From: Gammaproteobacteria bacterium
Lineage (GTDB): Bacteria; Pseudomonadota; Gammaproteobacteria; QNFE01
Direction of reading: 5' to 3'
Length of the DNA: 64,000 nucleotides
NCBI GenBank assembly: GCA_003645455.1
Contig: QNFE01000004.1
Coordinates: 3,406-67,405 of the forward strand
Numbering within the stretch: position 1 is the stretch's first letter; every line of letters begins with the position of its first letter. Below are positions 27,903-37,782 of this stretch, one piece after another. The notes under the pieces are model-generated. The model was not told the DNA's origin and did no database searches. It saw only the letters and a list, made by a program, of their open reading frames with translations. Made by a program: the position numbers and the translations under genes.

Positions 27903-29123
27903 TTATTTTGAATATAGATATTCGTCAATAATCTCTTTTGCAGGTGGCAGGATATAGTTACCATTTTGGTCTTGTTTGCTGGTTTTTTTTAGTTTATAGG
28001 TGTTCACCCCACAGGTCCAAACATTATATTTTCTCATTTGGGTGCAAATACACATTTTATCAGTGACAACTACTTTATCGGTAGGGTTTTTTAACTCTGA
28101 TTTTGTCTTATTGTAAGAATCAATGTAGGAACATCTGCCCTTATCCAATAAATAACCATAACTTTCGCAATTTGGTGCCAATCCCGAGCCTATAACGGGG
28201 CTTTGTTTTAACATTCTCATAGGATAACCAGTAGGAGAGAGGTAATTTACAATTATATCCTCTTTTTTGGCGGTAAAATATGCCTGTTTTGCTTTATCTG
28301 GCAATCCTGATTCCACAGAGACAGTAAAACGAGTAGCCACCTGCACCGCAGAGCAACCCATATTCATGTATTCAACTGCCTGTTTGCCATTGAATATTCC
28401 TCCTGCTGGGATTATGGGGATAGATAGTTTTAAATTTTTTAAATAGTCAATAACTTCCTGAGTTATTTTTTTAAGATTAAAATCAGCCCAGTCCATGCCA
28501 AAACCCAAATGGCCACCAGCTTTTGGCCCTTCAACTACAATAAAATCAGGTAATCTGCTAACAATTTGAGCTTTTTTTAAAAATATTTTTAAAGCCCGAG
28601 TAGATGAGACGATAATTCCTAAGATAGCATCATTAAAACGAGGATGATTTTTGATTAAATTCAATGAGTTCATATGCAACCCTGCACTGAGTGTAATCCC
28701 ATCAATACCAGCATCTAATGCTGATTCTAATCTGGCTTTTAGGGTGTCACGTGGGTTATTCATCGTAAGTTTTTCCATGCAGTTGATAAATATTCCGCCA
28801 TTACCTTTTTTGGCAGACATTGCATCTTTTACATGCATTTTTTGTGCTCTGCGAATATCATCCAAATCAAATTGTTCGATATTTTTATCATCATTATCTT
28901 TGTTAAATTTAAATTTTTTTAATCTGTCACGGACAAAAGTGGTTTTAAAATTTTTATCAGCAACAGCAGTAGTTAATGCATCAGATATATGCCCGATGGC
29001 GCCATTATTAGCAAAAGCTACGGCGAGATCAGCAGTAGATATATCAACCCCCATACCGCCAAGCATTAAGGGAGCAAATTCTTTATTTTTAAGTTTTAAA
29101 ACAAAATCATTTAAACATTTCAT
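27903..29123 (-). CDS. Nitronate monooxygenase / NAD(P)H-dependent flavin oxidoreductase (NMO, FabK-like TIM barrel)
   Basis: The N-terminal PLMLGGMGVDIST... and ...IPIIPAGGI motifs are typical of the 2-nitropropane dioxygenase family. Confidence 0.65.
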   Translation of the reverse strand: MKCLNDFVLKLKNKEFAPLMLGGMGVDISTADLAVAFANNGAIGHISDALTTAVADKNFKTTFVRDRLKKFKFNKDNDDKNIEQFDLDDIRRAQKMHVKDAMSAKKGNGGIFINCMEKLTMNNPRDTLKARLESALDAGIDGITLSAGLHMNSLNLIKNHPRFNDAILGIIVSSTRALKIFLKKAQIVSRLPDFIVVEGPKAGGHLGFGMDWADFNLKKITQEVIDYLKNLKLSIPIIPAGGIFNGKQAVEYMNMGCSAVQVATRFTVSVESGLPDKAKQAYFTAKKEDIIVNYLSPTGYPMRMLKQSPVIGSGLAPNCESYGYLLDKGRCSYIDSYNKTKSELKNPTDKVVVTDKMCICTQMRKYNVWTCGVNTYKLKKTSKQDQNGNYILPPAKEIIDEYLYSK

Positions 29124-29176
29124 ATTGATAATTATAAGAAAATAAAATATGTTATATTACATCTTTTTAGAATTTT

Positions 29177-29611
29177 TTGTCCAACTTTATGCCCCCTATT
29201 TTAAAAAATAAAAAATTAGGCAAAAAAATTGCTCTTATTATTGCGATGAGTGCGGGTTTATATTTTTCCTATGATGAGTTTATGGTTAAAAAAGAACCGC
29301 CAAACAAAAAACATGAGGATTATTATCAAACAATTATGTGTAATAAGTTAAATGGATTAAAAGAATATGTCTTAGATGACAGAACAAGGGTTGACTGCTT
29401 GACAGATGATTATGCGATAGAGGTAGACTGGGCAAAAAAATGGGCAGAGGGTATAGGGCAAGCACTTTTTTATGCAGAAAAAACTCAAAAAAAACCAGCG
29501 GTTGCTTTAATAATCGGCAAAAAAGACCAAAAATATTTAAAAAGATTAGAAGTTGTTGCCAATAAGTTTAATATTAAAATAATAAAAATAAAAAAAGAGG
29601 TGGGGCAGTAA
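29177..29611 (+). CDS. Hypothetical membrane-anchored protein (possible PD-(D/E)xK-like motif D..EVDWAKK)
   Basis: N-terminal TM segment; no confident family assignment. Confidence 0.35.
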   Translation: MSNFMPPILKNKKLGKKIALIIAMSAGLYFSYDEFMVKKEPPNKKHEDYYQTIMCNKLNGLKEYVLDDRTRVDCLTDDYAIEVDWAKKWAEGIGQALFYAEKTQKKPAVALIIGKKDQKYLKRLEVVANKFNIKIIKIKKEVGQ

Positions 29612-30140
29612 TTGTGTTAAAATTGTGTTCTTCTCTCACAACTATTTAGATGCATAAGTAGCCTTATTGTGGCGGTGTTGGTAAAAAATTTTGTTTATTT
29701 ATGCAGTTATTTTTTATTATTAGCACTTGTTGCATAGTAAAAGGCATAACTCTTAATAAGAGCAACATAGTAGATTTGTTAAAATCATTAACTCGGCAAT
29801 TAAAAACCTTGTTTTTGGAAAGTTACGAGTAATCTTGCGAGCCTTGGAAGTGGGACTTTGGTTCTGTCTTGCGCTCTGTTGTTTTTAAATGGAAATACCA
29901 CCACCAATACCATAACTGTGCCACTGGTTGCCGCTTTTGGGGTTGGTTTGGCTAGTTCAATCAAAGACCGCAACCAATTGTTGATGGGTTTGGTTTAATT
30001 GCTTTTGCCTCACCTACCCCCATAATTTTTGTTATGTTATATGGCATAATAACCCAACAATAAAACTTATAAATCAGAGGTGGGGCTTTTGGAGTTGTCT
30101 ACGGCGATGCTCCAGAGTTGTTATGTTTTAAAACCAAACA

Positions 30141-30170
30141 CTTAAAAGGTGGGACTAAAGTCCCACCTCC
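30141..30170 (-). terminator. Rho-independent terminator of the PEBP-family lipoprotein gene
   Basis: On the minus strand, GAGGTGGGAC-TTTA-GTCCCACC (perfect 9-bp stem) is followed by TTTTAAG, 30 nt after the stop codon. Confidence 0.6.
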
Positions 30171-30197
30171 GAGACAACGAGGTCAATCAGACCTTCC

Positions 30198-30845
30198 TTA
30201 ATGATCAGCTGGATCAAAGGTGCCAGTTATGGTAGCACTGTCTAAAATATGGGCACTATAAACACTCTCAAACCTTTTGCGTGTTATACCAGAGTTAGTG
30301 TTGTAATTGGTGTCAGCAAGTGTCATGGTCGGCATAGTTGATTTTAAAGCATAAATGGTTGTGCGATATTTATCATGAGCTTGTGGAGGACATACCCCTG
30401 CATATATTTGAGTGGTAGCATAATTATAACCTTGAATAACTGGCGAGCTTACTGTGCTGGGTGTTAGTTTTTCTGCATAACTTGTGGTGCTGGTTGGGAC
30501 ATTAAAAACTCCCCAATGGACACAATAATCATCCATACCTGGGTTGGCAGGACCACAGTCATCTGCAAACTCATCATCCATAATTAAAGCATATTTGGCA
30601 GTGTCAGTCGGAGGATTAGACCAACTAAACTGGGGTGATGTCATAACTCCACCAGTCCAATTTGCACAGGCATGTTTTACCGCAATTTTGCCACCATCTG
30701 TGAAACTGGTGGAGCTTATAGCAAAACTAGTGGTGTCGCCATCATCGTCTTTCTTGGTTGAGCCTGTATCATCGTCATCATCCGAACAAGCTACCATCGT
30801 CAGTGGCAAAATTAGCAAAAAAAGTTTTAAGAAATTAATTTTCAT
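30198..30845 (-). CDS. YbhB/YbcL-family phosphatidylethanolamine-binding (PEBP/Raf-kinase-inhibitor-like) lipoprotein
   Basis: Signal peptide with lipobox LTMVAC, an Asp-rich linker, and the PEBP signature ...DYCVHWGVFNVP. Confidence 0.7.
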   Translation of the reverse strand: MKINFLKLFLLILPLTMVACSDDDDDTGSTKKDDDGDTTSFAISSTSFTDGGKIAVKHACANWTGGVMTSPQFSWSNPPTDTAKYALIMDDEFADDCGPANPGMDDYCVHWGVFNVPTSTTSYAEKLTPSTVSSPVIQGYNYATTQIYAGVCPPQAHDKYRTTIYALKSTMPTMTLADTNYNTNSGITRKRFESVYSAHILDSATITGTFDPADH

Positions 30846-31210
30846 AATTTAGATCTCCATTAAAGTAAAAAACTCCCATTATAAATCGTTTTTTTTTTGC
30901 AAATTTTTTTTGCTACAAAACAAGAAAAATCCAAACTCGGGGTTTGAAATTTTCTTGTTTTGTGTTATTTATAAGAAATTTTTGCTATCAAAGTTCTGTT
31001 TTAATTGTTGGTTATCACCTAAGCCACATGAGTGCCATCTGAGGCCAAAGTAAAGTTATCTATTTTGCCTGTGTGGAAAAAGTTGTCCTGTTTGGGCGTT
31101 TGACAATAATGGAGTGGCAATAACAGCAACAGCAGATGAATTAAGTTGGTTAGTTTCATCTTCATCATTGCTACAAGAATATAATACAACAAACAAGAAT
31201 AATGGTAAAA

Positions 31211-31371
31211 TGAGACCTTTGCATAATTCAAGCACAATTTATAAAACAAATAGATTGCATATGCTTATAGCAAAAATTCGTCAAAGGGCTTGCCATATTC
31301 CTCATTTTTGTTATAAAAATGCACTATTTTTTGCATTCTCTAAACAGCACTTGAATTATGCAAAGGTCTCA
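31211..31371. repeat. MITE family 1, full-length copy (161 bp; TIR TGAGACCTTTGCATAATTCAAGCAC)
   Basis: Terminal inverted repeats of ~24 bp. The internal sequence is ~90% identical to the copy at 60853..61014 in the same orientation and to 50901..51062 in inverted orientation. Confidence 0.85.
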
Positions 31372-31433
31372 AAATATATTTGATGAATTGCATAAAATCT
31401 CCTAATCAAAAAAAAACGATTGCCAATTATTTT

Positions 31434-32216
31434 TTAAAAATTGACTTTGCCTTTTTTCTTGAAAATAAATTTATTGTCCGATTCTTGTTTGGCGAAAAGA
31501 CGCAATATGCTAATTAATTGATTATCTAATTTTTGTTTAGGGTTGATTTTAATTGCTGTTTTGTATGTTTTTTTCAAGATATTAAAAACTGTCATACCTG
31601 AAATTTGAATCTGGTTGGAATCGCTGGTGTTATCTATTTTTATTTTTTCATCCTGTTGTGATGTGGTTATATTTATATGCACATCTCCCAGTTGTAATTT
31701 GCTGGGGGATTCAATATTAAGCCGTAAAATATCAATATTACCAGCAATATATTTTAAACGATTTTTTTCAAGTATTATTTTTTTAATAGAAAAATGAGCC
31801 TTACCAGCTGTTGTTATTAAATCTAAATTCCAGTTACTTAATAGGTTTTGCAAAGAATTTTCATAAGTTAAGTTCGTGATCTGGGTTTGTTTGTCTTTTA
31901 TTCCGATCTTTAATTTAATTTTGCCGTTGATATAATCTCCTGTAATATTAAAGCTTGTATTCAACAACAACAAATCACCTATGTTTAACGATGTTTTGAC
32001 GTTTTCAATTCTATGTTTGTTAAAAGTTACCGCCGAGAATGAGCCGTTGAATATTGTGCCAGATGGTTGTTCTGGGATGATATTTTTTGGTATGTTTACC
32101 ATTGACATAATTTGTGTCAGCGGAATAGCCGTTATTGAAAAATAAAGCAAAGAAACCATAAATACAAACAACAAAATAATAATTTTTTTCATAGGTTTCT
32201 CAAGGTCAATAGGCAA
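31434..32216 (-). CDS. gspN: Type II secretion system protein N (putative)
   Basis: Single N-terminal TM, ~260 aa, last gene after gspM in a gspIJKLMN series. Confidence 0.45.
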   Translation of the reverse strand: MPIDLEKPMKKIIILLFVFMVSLLYFSITAIPLTQIMSMVNIPKNIIPEQPSGTIFNGSFSAVTFNKHRIENVKTSLNIGDLLLLNTSFNITGDYINGKIKLKIGIKDKQTQITNLTYENSLQNLLSNWNLDLITTAGKAHFSIKKIILEKNRLKYIAGNIDILRLNIESPSKLQLGDVHINITTSQQDEKIKIDNTSDSNQIQISGMTVFNILKKTYKTAIKINPKQKLDNQLISILRLFAKQESDNKFIFKKKGKVNF

Positions 32217-32647
32217 CTTACCATACCAGCGCTTGTTTTTTTAACAGCGATATTTTTAACGGTTATGGCATGGGTTTGTCTCATTTTTAAAATAAATTGC
32301 ATAAGCGATTTGTATTTTATGTTTTTAAATTCAAGTTTAATGCTATTTTTGCCAATTGGTTGAATTTTTGCAGGAATAGGTAGCTCCATTTTAGAAATTG
32401 TTTCATCCGTCCTTATGAGAATAGATTTATTTTTATCAATGTTTTGCGTCTTGTTTAATAAATAAGAATTGCTTTTAATGAAATTTAATGTTTGTAGGTT
32501 AGATATTAAATCATTTTTGTTTTTGCTATAATCATCAAGCAATGGCATTAACATGAAATTATAAACCACAAGTGGCACCGCAACCAACAACAAAGATATG
32601 ATTAAAATTTTTTCACGATTAGATAGATTGGAGAATTTTTTTATCAT
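32189..32647 (-). CDS. gspM: Type II secretion system protein M
   Basis: ~150 aa bitopic protein between gspL and gspN. Confidence 0.5.
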   Translation of the reverse strand: MIKKFSNLSNREKILIISLLLVAVPLVVYNFMLMPLLDDYSKNKNDLISNLQTLNFIKSNSYLLNKTQNIDKNKSILIRTDETISKMELPIPAKIQPIGKNSIKLEFKNIKYKSLMQFILKMRQTHAITVKNIAVKKTSAGMVSCLLTLRNL

Positions 32648-33828
32648 TGTTTTTTTATCCGCATTGTAACCAGAGTTTTTTTGCTTTTTTTGTCGATAGA
32701 AAGAATCTCAGATAGAAGTTTTGCTTTTTTTAGCTCTTTGTTAAAATCTCCAAGGCTGATAGGGTTATCTGTTGTAAATATAATCTGTAATTGATTGGCA
32801 TTAAATTTATACTCTTGTATTGAAAAATTTTTAATTTGTTTGCCGTTTTTTATCGTCTGGTTTAAGAGAGTTAAAAACAAACCGGCAGAGTTCATTTCTT
32901 TGATTTTAGATATTTTTTGTTGGATTTTTATAAATTTGCCAGATTTATTTTTTAAAGATGGAAATTTTGCTATGATAATTTTGTTCAACTCTTGTTCGGC
33001 TGCTTGATTTTTATTTTGAATTTTTGATAAATTTATCAAATAATTTGGAATCTGGCTTAATCCTACAATCAATAATATTATCATAGGTAATTTATAAAAT
33101 TGTATTGATTTGATAAAACTGCTTAATTCTATTTGTTTTTTTTGGATAAGATTAACAACAGAATTGGCATAACCCGCCGATGCTTCTTCTAAAAAATTAT
33201 ATTCATATGTTTTGCTATCTGTTGTTGTTTTTATTGCCGGACCACTATTTTTTAGGTTATATTGTTGGATTCCCATCTTAGGGTTGGCAGACAAAATTGA
33301 ATCTATTATAAATTCTACCGCATGATCAGGGCATACTAAGCGATATTTATCGGTGCAAACAACCATTTTTTCATCTGGCAATTGATAGAGGGTTATTTGT
33401 TCTAATAGTGGTGGAAATAAATCCCATGCTGGCACAATTACATCTAATTTTATTCCATTATTTTTATAGATTGTTACGATATGCTCTATTTTGTTATGCT
33501 CACTTACCGCGGTATTGACATTGTCCCCTACAACACTATTGATAAAATTTAAATTTTTAATGTTGTCATTTAGGCTGTCTTCTATTTTAAAGCCTATCGA
33601 GTCAATTGCCTTTTTACGATTTTTTTGGGGCAATGGTGTTTGGATAAAAGTGCAATCTGTGCCATCAGTTATCAATACAATTTTTTTACCAGATAGGGCA
33701 GATTTTAAAGCAGACAAACTGCCAATATGTGAATTTCCGGTTTTTGTTTTATAGTTTTTATCTGTTATAACATAATGAATATCATCAAAGCTGTTATTAG
33801 AATTGTATATAAAAATATAATCTGCCAA
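32644..33828 (-). CDS. gspL: Type II secretion system protein L
   Basis: 394 aa with a cytoplasmic domain, a mid TM segment and a periplasmic domain. Its position after gspK fits. Confidence 0.55.
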   Translation of the reverse strand: MADYIFIYNSNNSFDDIHYVITDKNYKTKTGNSHIGSLSALKSALSGKKIVLITDGTDCTFIQTPLPQKNRKKAIDSIGFKIEDSLNDNIKNLNFINSVVGDNVNTAVSEHNKIEHIVTIYKNNGIKLDVIVPAWDLFPPLLEQITLYQLPDEKMVVCTDKYRLVCPDHAVEFIIDSILSANPKMGIQQYNLKNSGPAIKTTTDSKTYEYNFLEEASAGYANSVVNLIQKKQIELSSFIKSIQFYKLPMIILLIVGLSQIPNYLINLSKIQNKNQAAEQELNKIIIAKFPSLKNKSGKFIKIQQKISKIKEMNSAGLFLTLLNQTIKNGKQIKNFSIQEYKFNANQLQIIFTTDNPISLGDFNKELKKAKLLSEILSIDKKSKKTLVTMRIKKQ

Positions 33829-34779
33829 TTAGTTGCCCCCTATACTTTTTGATATTGTTTTAATTTTGCCATTGTTGGCACGATGCAAAACAAGAATAAA
33901 TTTTAGATTAATTTTTTGTAAAAAAATTACAAATTTTACTTTAAAATAGTTTGATTTAACACTAAAATATTTCATTTGAGGGTTTTTATTTTTTAATAAA
34001 CTATGATTTTTTAGAGTATTGATGTTTTTATAGGGTTCCTCTTGAATCTCATCATAGATTGTTTGGACATCTTCTTTTTTCAGCATAGATAACATAGAGT
34101 GCAAAACCTCAATCTTTGTAGTGTTGATATTTATCAAGGTATCACCTGGCAAGACAGTTACAAAATCTATCATTTTTTCAAAAATTTGTTGATCAATTCC
34201 GCGAACAAGCAATAATTCACTGATATGAATCATAGGTTGGTTTGAATTTTTATAGGGTGTTTCTAAACCCAGATAATAATCACTTTCAGCTCCTCCTATG
34301 CCTGCTACCTCGGAATCCTTGTCGATTCTATCACGAATGGCTTGGATAATGTTTTTATTAATTTCAAGTTCTGCAAACAATAAATTAAGTGCGGTAAAGA
34401 TGTATGGATTGGTTTTGTTATTAGAATCCACCAATGAATTTAAATTTATTTTTCCCGATAAATCGTCAAAATCGCCAGTAAAATAACCATCGTTTGGTAA
34501 GGGATAAGCCATATTTTTAGTCTGTGCCCAGATGTCTTCTTTGGAATCAGTTTTATTTAGCTCGTGATCTTTTTTAAGAATAATATAGGCTAATGCGGTG
34601 GCTCCTTCGGCGTATTGCTGTGCTTGTTGGAATGTTAACCGATTAATTGTTTTTAAGGTTTGTTTTTGTCTGTCCGCTATCATTTTAATGGATATTGCTG
34701 ATATAATGGCACTTATGAGCAAAACCGTTAATAATGCCACTCCATTTTGTTGTTTTTTGCTTAAATATTCCATAACCAC
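33829..34779 (-). CDS. gspK: Type II secretion system minor pseudopilin K
   Basis: The N-terminal QNGVALLTVLLISAIISAISIKMIADRQ prepilin-like hydrophobic segment and ~316 aa size are typical of GspK. Confidence 0.7.
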   Translation of the reverse strand: MVMEYLSKKQQNGVALLTVLLISAIISAISIKMIADRQKQTLKTINRLTFQQAQQYAEGATALAYIILKKDHELNKTDSKEDIWAQTKNMAYPLPNDGYFTGDFDDLSGKINLNSLVDSNNKTNPYIFTALNLLFAELEINKNIIQAIRDRIDKDSEVAGIGGAESDYYLGLETPYKNSNQPMIHISELLLVRGIDQQIFEKMIDFVTVLPGDTLININTTKIEVLHSMLSMLKKEDVQTIYDEIQEEPYKNINTLKNHSLLKNKNPQMKYFSVKSNYFKVKFVIFLQKINLKFILVLHRANNGKIKTISKSIGGN

Positions 34780-35351
34780 TCTAATTTATCAAAGCCATCA
34801 ATTTCAAAACTGATTTTAATACCAGCAGGATAATCTATTTTTTTACTGTAATGAGGAAAGGTGGTTGATTTTGATTTGCCCTCACTATCTAATAAAAATT
34901 CAACTTTTAATTCTTTTACTCCCGACAACAACAATCTTTTGCGTTTTGTGGTATTATCTATTCTATCCGCTTTTGAATATAAAATACGATATATATTTTC
35001 GTCTTCGTATAGATAAACCGCTCTTTGGATTTGGCTGTTTTGAATAACGGGGTTCACAACTCCTGCTCTGCTAAACTCCATGATAATGTTATCCGCCTTA
35101 TTACTGACAAAAGCAGGTTGCTCCGTATCATACTCATCGTTTATTTTTCTATTTACAACCGTGAATAAGTCTGCGGACACTATGCGATGAGCATTTTGTA
35201 GACTCATCAGGGTTGTAGCAATTAATGCAGTTTTATTTTTTTGAAAAAGAATAGTGTTTAAGGCGGAATAAGCAGCAGCAGCCAAGATTGAAAATATTGC
35301 CAAAGCTACCATAAGCTCAATCAAAGTAAAACCATCATTATTTTGTTTCAT
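34761..35351 (-). CDS. gspJ: Type II secretion system minor pseudopilin J
   Basis: Prepilin N-terminus GFTLIELMVALAIFSIL. Confidence 0.7.
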   Translation of the reverse strand: MKQNNDGFTLIELMVALAIFSILAAAAYSALNTILFQKNKTALIATTLMSLQNAHRIVSADLFTVVNRKINDEYDTEQPAFVSNKADNIIMEFSRAGVVNPVIQNSQIQRAVYLYEDENIYRILYSKADRIDNTTKRKRLLLSGVKELKVEFLLDSEGKSKSTTFPHYSKKIDYPAGIKISFEIDGFDKLEWLWNI

Positions 35352-35734
35352 TGGGATGGCGAATAATATGTTTGCAGTTGGTAGATGATTCTCTTATCAT
35401 CATCCTTGCTATAAATCTCGGCACGTACACCGATAAATTGATTTTTGCCTAGGGTTTGTGCCACTGCCGTTTGAGTTATAACATCTTTGACGACCCAATC
35501 CTGTCCTGCCATATGGACATTAGTTTTTTTGTTGTTAATGTGAGGCATTTTTTGGCGCATTCGCAGTTGAGCCAAACGATTAGAGGCAACCCAAGAGGCA
35601 ATCGTTTTGTTTTTAAGGCTAATCAATGATGATGTTTGCATCGTGCTGGTGTTGATAAGTGACACAAAAACAATAGCCACAATAACCATAGCCACCAAAA
35701 CTTCTATCAATGTAAAACCTATAAAATTTTTCAT
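35348..35734 (-). CDS. gspI: Type II secretion system minor pseudopilin I
   Basis: Prepilin N-terminus GFTLIEVLVAMVIVAIV; 128 aa. Confidence 0.7.
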   Translation of the reverse strand: MKNFIGFTLIEVLVAMVIVAIVFVSLINTSTMQTSSLISLKNKTIASWVASNRLAQLRMRQKMPHINNKKTNVHMAGQDWVVKDVITQTAVAQTLGKNQFIGVRAEIYSKDDDKRIIYQLQTYYSPSQ

Positions 35735-35746
35735 CTTTTTAAAAGA

Positions 35747-36769
35747 TTATTCCTCGATACAAATTGATTTATTTAACATAGCTTTGATTGTTTTAATGCT
35801 AAGCAGTATAATCAAAAGCGTAAGGATGGTTAACAATATACCAAACAAAACTTTATAAAATAAAAAACCTGATAATTTCGCCATTAAAAAAGTGGCAATA
35901 GTCATAGCTGCCAGCGGAAAACTATATGCCCACCAAGATAAATAAAATTTTAACTTGATGAGTTTATTAAATTGTAACAATAAAAAAATAGTTAAAAATA
36001 AAGCACTATTATATAAAAATTGGGCAAAAAAATCAATCTGTGTCAAGCCTGTGAGTTGAACATAAGAGATAAAACCCAAAGCAGGAGGTGCGATAAAGAT
36101 GAACAAGGTTGGTAGCAATTTATCAGCCATAGGGTGGTGAAAAATAATCCGATAAAAAACAATCGTAAATAAAATCAGCCAATATAACAAACCTAAATCA
36201 AAGAAAAAATATGAAAGATTGACAAAACCATAGTGTACCCCCGCAATCGGCACAATAATATTACCCACAGCCGGAATAAACCAAGCAGGGTTGATAAATT
36301 TTATATCAATATCTCGATTTATCCAAGCGGATAAAATAAATAAAGTCCAAGCAAAGTGCAACCCTGCCCCTATCATCCATAGATATTTCGAAAGTTCAGG
36401 GTTGATATGGATGCCGGCGGTGGCAAGCAACAAAATGGAGATTGAAGTTGTCGGGAAAAAACTTAATTTTATTGGGCTTTTTAACTCTTTTAAAACTTCT
36501 TGTGGATATTTGATGATTTTTATGAAATACATAACAAGCAACACCACAAACATAAAAAAAGTAAAATAATAAAGATAAAAAGATATAAAGGGAAATTGGA
36601 GCATTGTTGTGGCTCTCTCCCAGGCAAGAGTAAAACCACCAAGACCCATAATTATAGCGAAAAATGAGATCGGCATATTAGCGAGTCTTTGATTGATGTT
36701 GTTCATAAAAAATTTAAAAAATAAAACAGAGCATAATAACACAAACATTCCACATAAAGCAAACATCAA
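35747..36769 (-). CDS. TehA/Mae1-family (TDT) anion/C4-dicarboxylate transporter-like membrane protein
   Basis: ~10 TM helices. The LANMPISFFAIIMGLGGFTLAW motif is typical of TehA-like proteins. Confidence 0.5.
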   Translation of the reverse strand: MMFALCGMFVLLCSVLFFKFFMNNINQRLANMPISFFAIIMGLGGFTLAWERATTMLQFPFISFYLYYFTFFMFVVLLVMYFIKIIKYPQEVLKELKSPIKLSFFPTTSISILLLATAGIHINPELSKYLWMIGAGLHFAWTLFILSAWINRDIDIKFINPAWFIPAVGNIIVPIAGVHYGFVNLSYFFFDLGLLYWLILFTIVFYRIIFHHPMADKLLPTLFIFIAPPALGFISYVQLTGLTQIDFFAQFLYNSALFLTIFLLLQFNKLIKLKFYLSWWAYSFPLAAMTIATFLMAKLSGFLFYKVLFGILLTILTLLIILLSIKTIKAMLNKSICIEE

Positions 36770-36875
36770 GCCAAAAATTCAAAAAAACGACACTTGGACA
36801 CTTGATTTATACAAAGGTATCTTGATATTTTAAAATTAGACTATATAATATTTTTTTATTTTAGAGAAAATTATT

Positions 36876-37253
36876 ATGGCAACAATAAATCTTACCCAAG
36901 ATAACTTTACCGATACTATCAATAATAATGATATAGTTGTAGTGGACTTTTGGGCCGATTGGTGTGGTCCTTGCAAATCATTCGCCCCTGTTTATGAAAA
37001 AGTATCACAGGAGCATAAAAATGTTGTATTCGCAAAAGTTGACACCCAAGCACAACAGGAACTTGCAGGCTCTTTTAACATCCGCTCTATTCCAACTTTG
37101 ATGGTATTTCGTGAAAAAACTATTATATTCCAACAAGCCGGAGCCTTACCAGAATCATCTCTTACCGAGCTTATAACCTCTGCTACAAACCTTGATATGA
37201 AACAGGTCAAAGCAGATATCGAGAAGAAAAATCAAGAAAAAAACAAATCTTAA
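36876..37253 (+). CDS. trxA: Thioredoxin
   Basis: WCGPC active site (FWADWCGPCKSFAP). Confidence 0.85.
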   Translation: MATINLTQDNFTDTINNNDIVVVDFWADWCGPCKSFAPVYEKVSQEHKNVVFAKVDTQAQQELAGSFNIRSIPTLMVFREKTIIFQQAGALPESSLTELITSATNLDMKQVKADIEKKNQEKNKS

Positions 37254-37269
37254 AATAGGATAGTTCCTT

Positions 37270-37752
37270 ATGAAAAAATATAAAAAATGGTTATTGCAGT
37301 TTTTAATTGTTATAGTCATTTTTTTTGGTATTCGTTTTTATCAACAACAAAATCTTATCACAGGAGTTGCCCCCACATTTAACCAAAAATCTTTAAATGA
37401 TGAAAGCATAAATCTTGCAAGTTACCAAGGAGACCCAGTATTAGTGCACTTTTGGGCTAACTGGTGTCCTATCTGCAAAGCAGAGCAATCAAATATAAAC
37501 ATTACCAACGATTACTATAAAATAATTACGATTGCATCTTTTTCGCAAAGAGATGAAATAAAAAAATATGTTAGTGATAATGATTTGAATTGGACTGTTG
37601 TCTATGATAGTGGTAATTTGATCGCTAAAAAATATGGCATAAAAGCTGTGCCTGCAAGTTTTTTTGTAAATTCAAAAGGTGAGATTAAATTTACAGAAGT
37701 AGGCTATACAACTACCATAGGTTTTCTGGCAAGAATGTTTTTGTTTGATTGA
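37270..37752 (+). CDS. TlpA/ResA-like membrane-anchored thiol:disulfide oxidoreductase
   Basis: N-terminal TM plus a WCPIC active site in a thioredoxin fold (VHFWANWCPICKAE). Confidence 0.75.
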   Translation: MKKYKKWLLQFLIVIVIFFGIRFYQQQNLITGVAPTFNQKSLNDESINLASYQGDPVLVHFWANWCPICKAEQSNINITNDYYKIITIASFSQRDEIKKYVSDNDLNWTVVYDSGNLIAKKYGIKAVPASFFVNSKGEIKFTEVGYTTTIGFLARMFLFD

Positions 37753-37782
37753 CTTATATAGGGACCTTTGCACAGTCATAAT

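Noticed and set aside
29780-30140. tmRNA / RNase P RNA / SRP RNA in the GC-rich intergenic region
   Set aside because: None of the conserved signatures are present: no tmRNA tRNA-like 3' end or tag ORF, no RNase P GGAAAGUCCGG/P4 motifs, no SRP domain IV sequence.
31019-31383. ORFs 31019..31249 (-) and 31114..31383 (+)
   Set aside because: Both lie inside or across the family-1 MITE copy and AT-rich intergenic DNA, with no coding signal.
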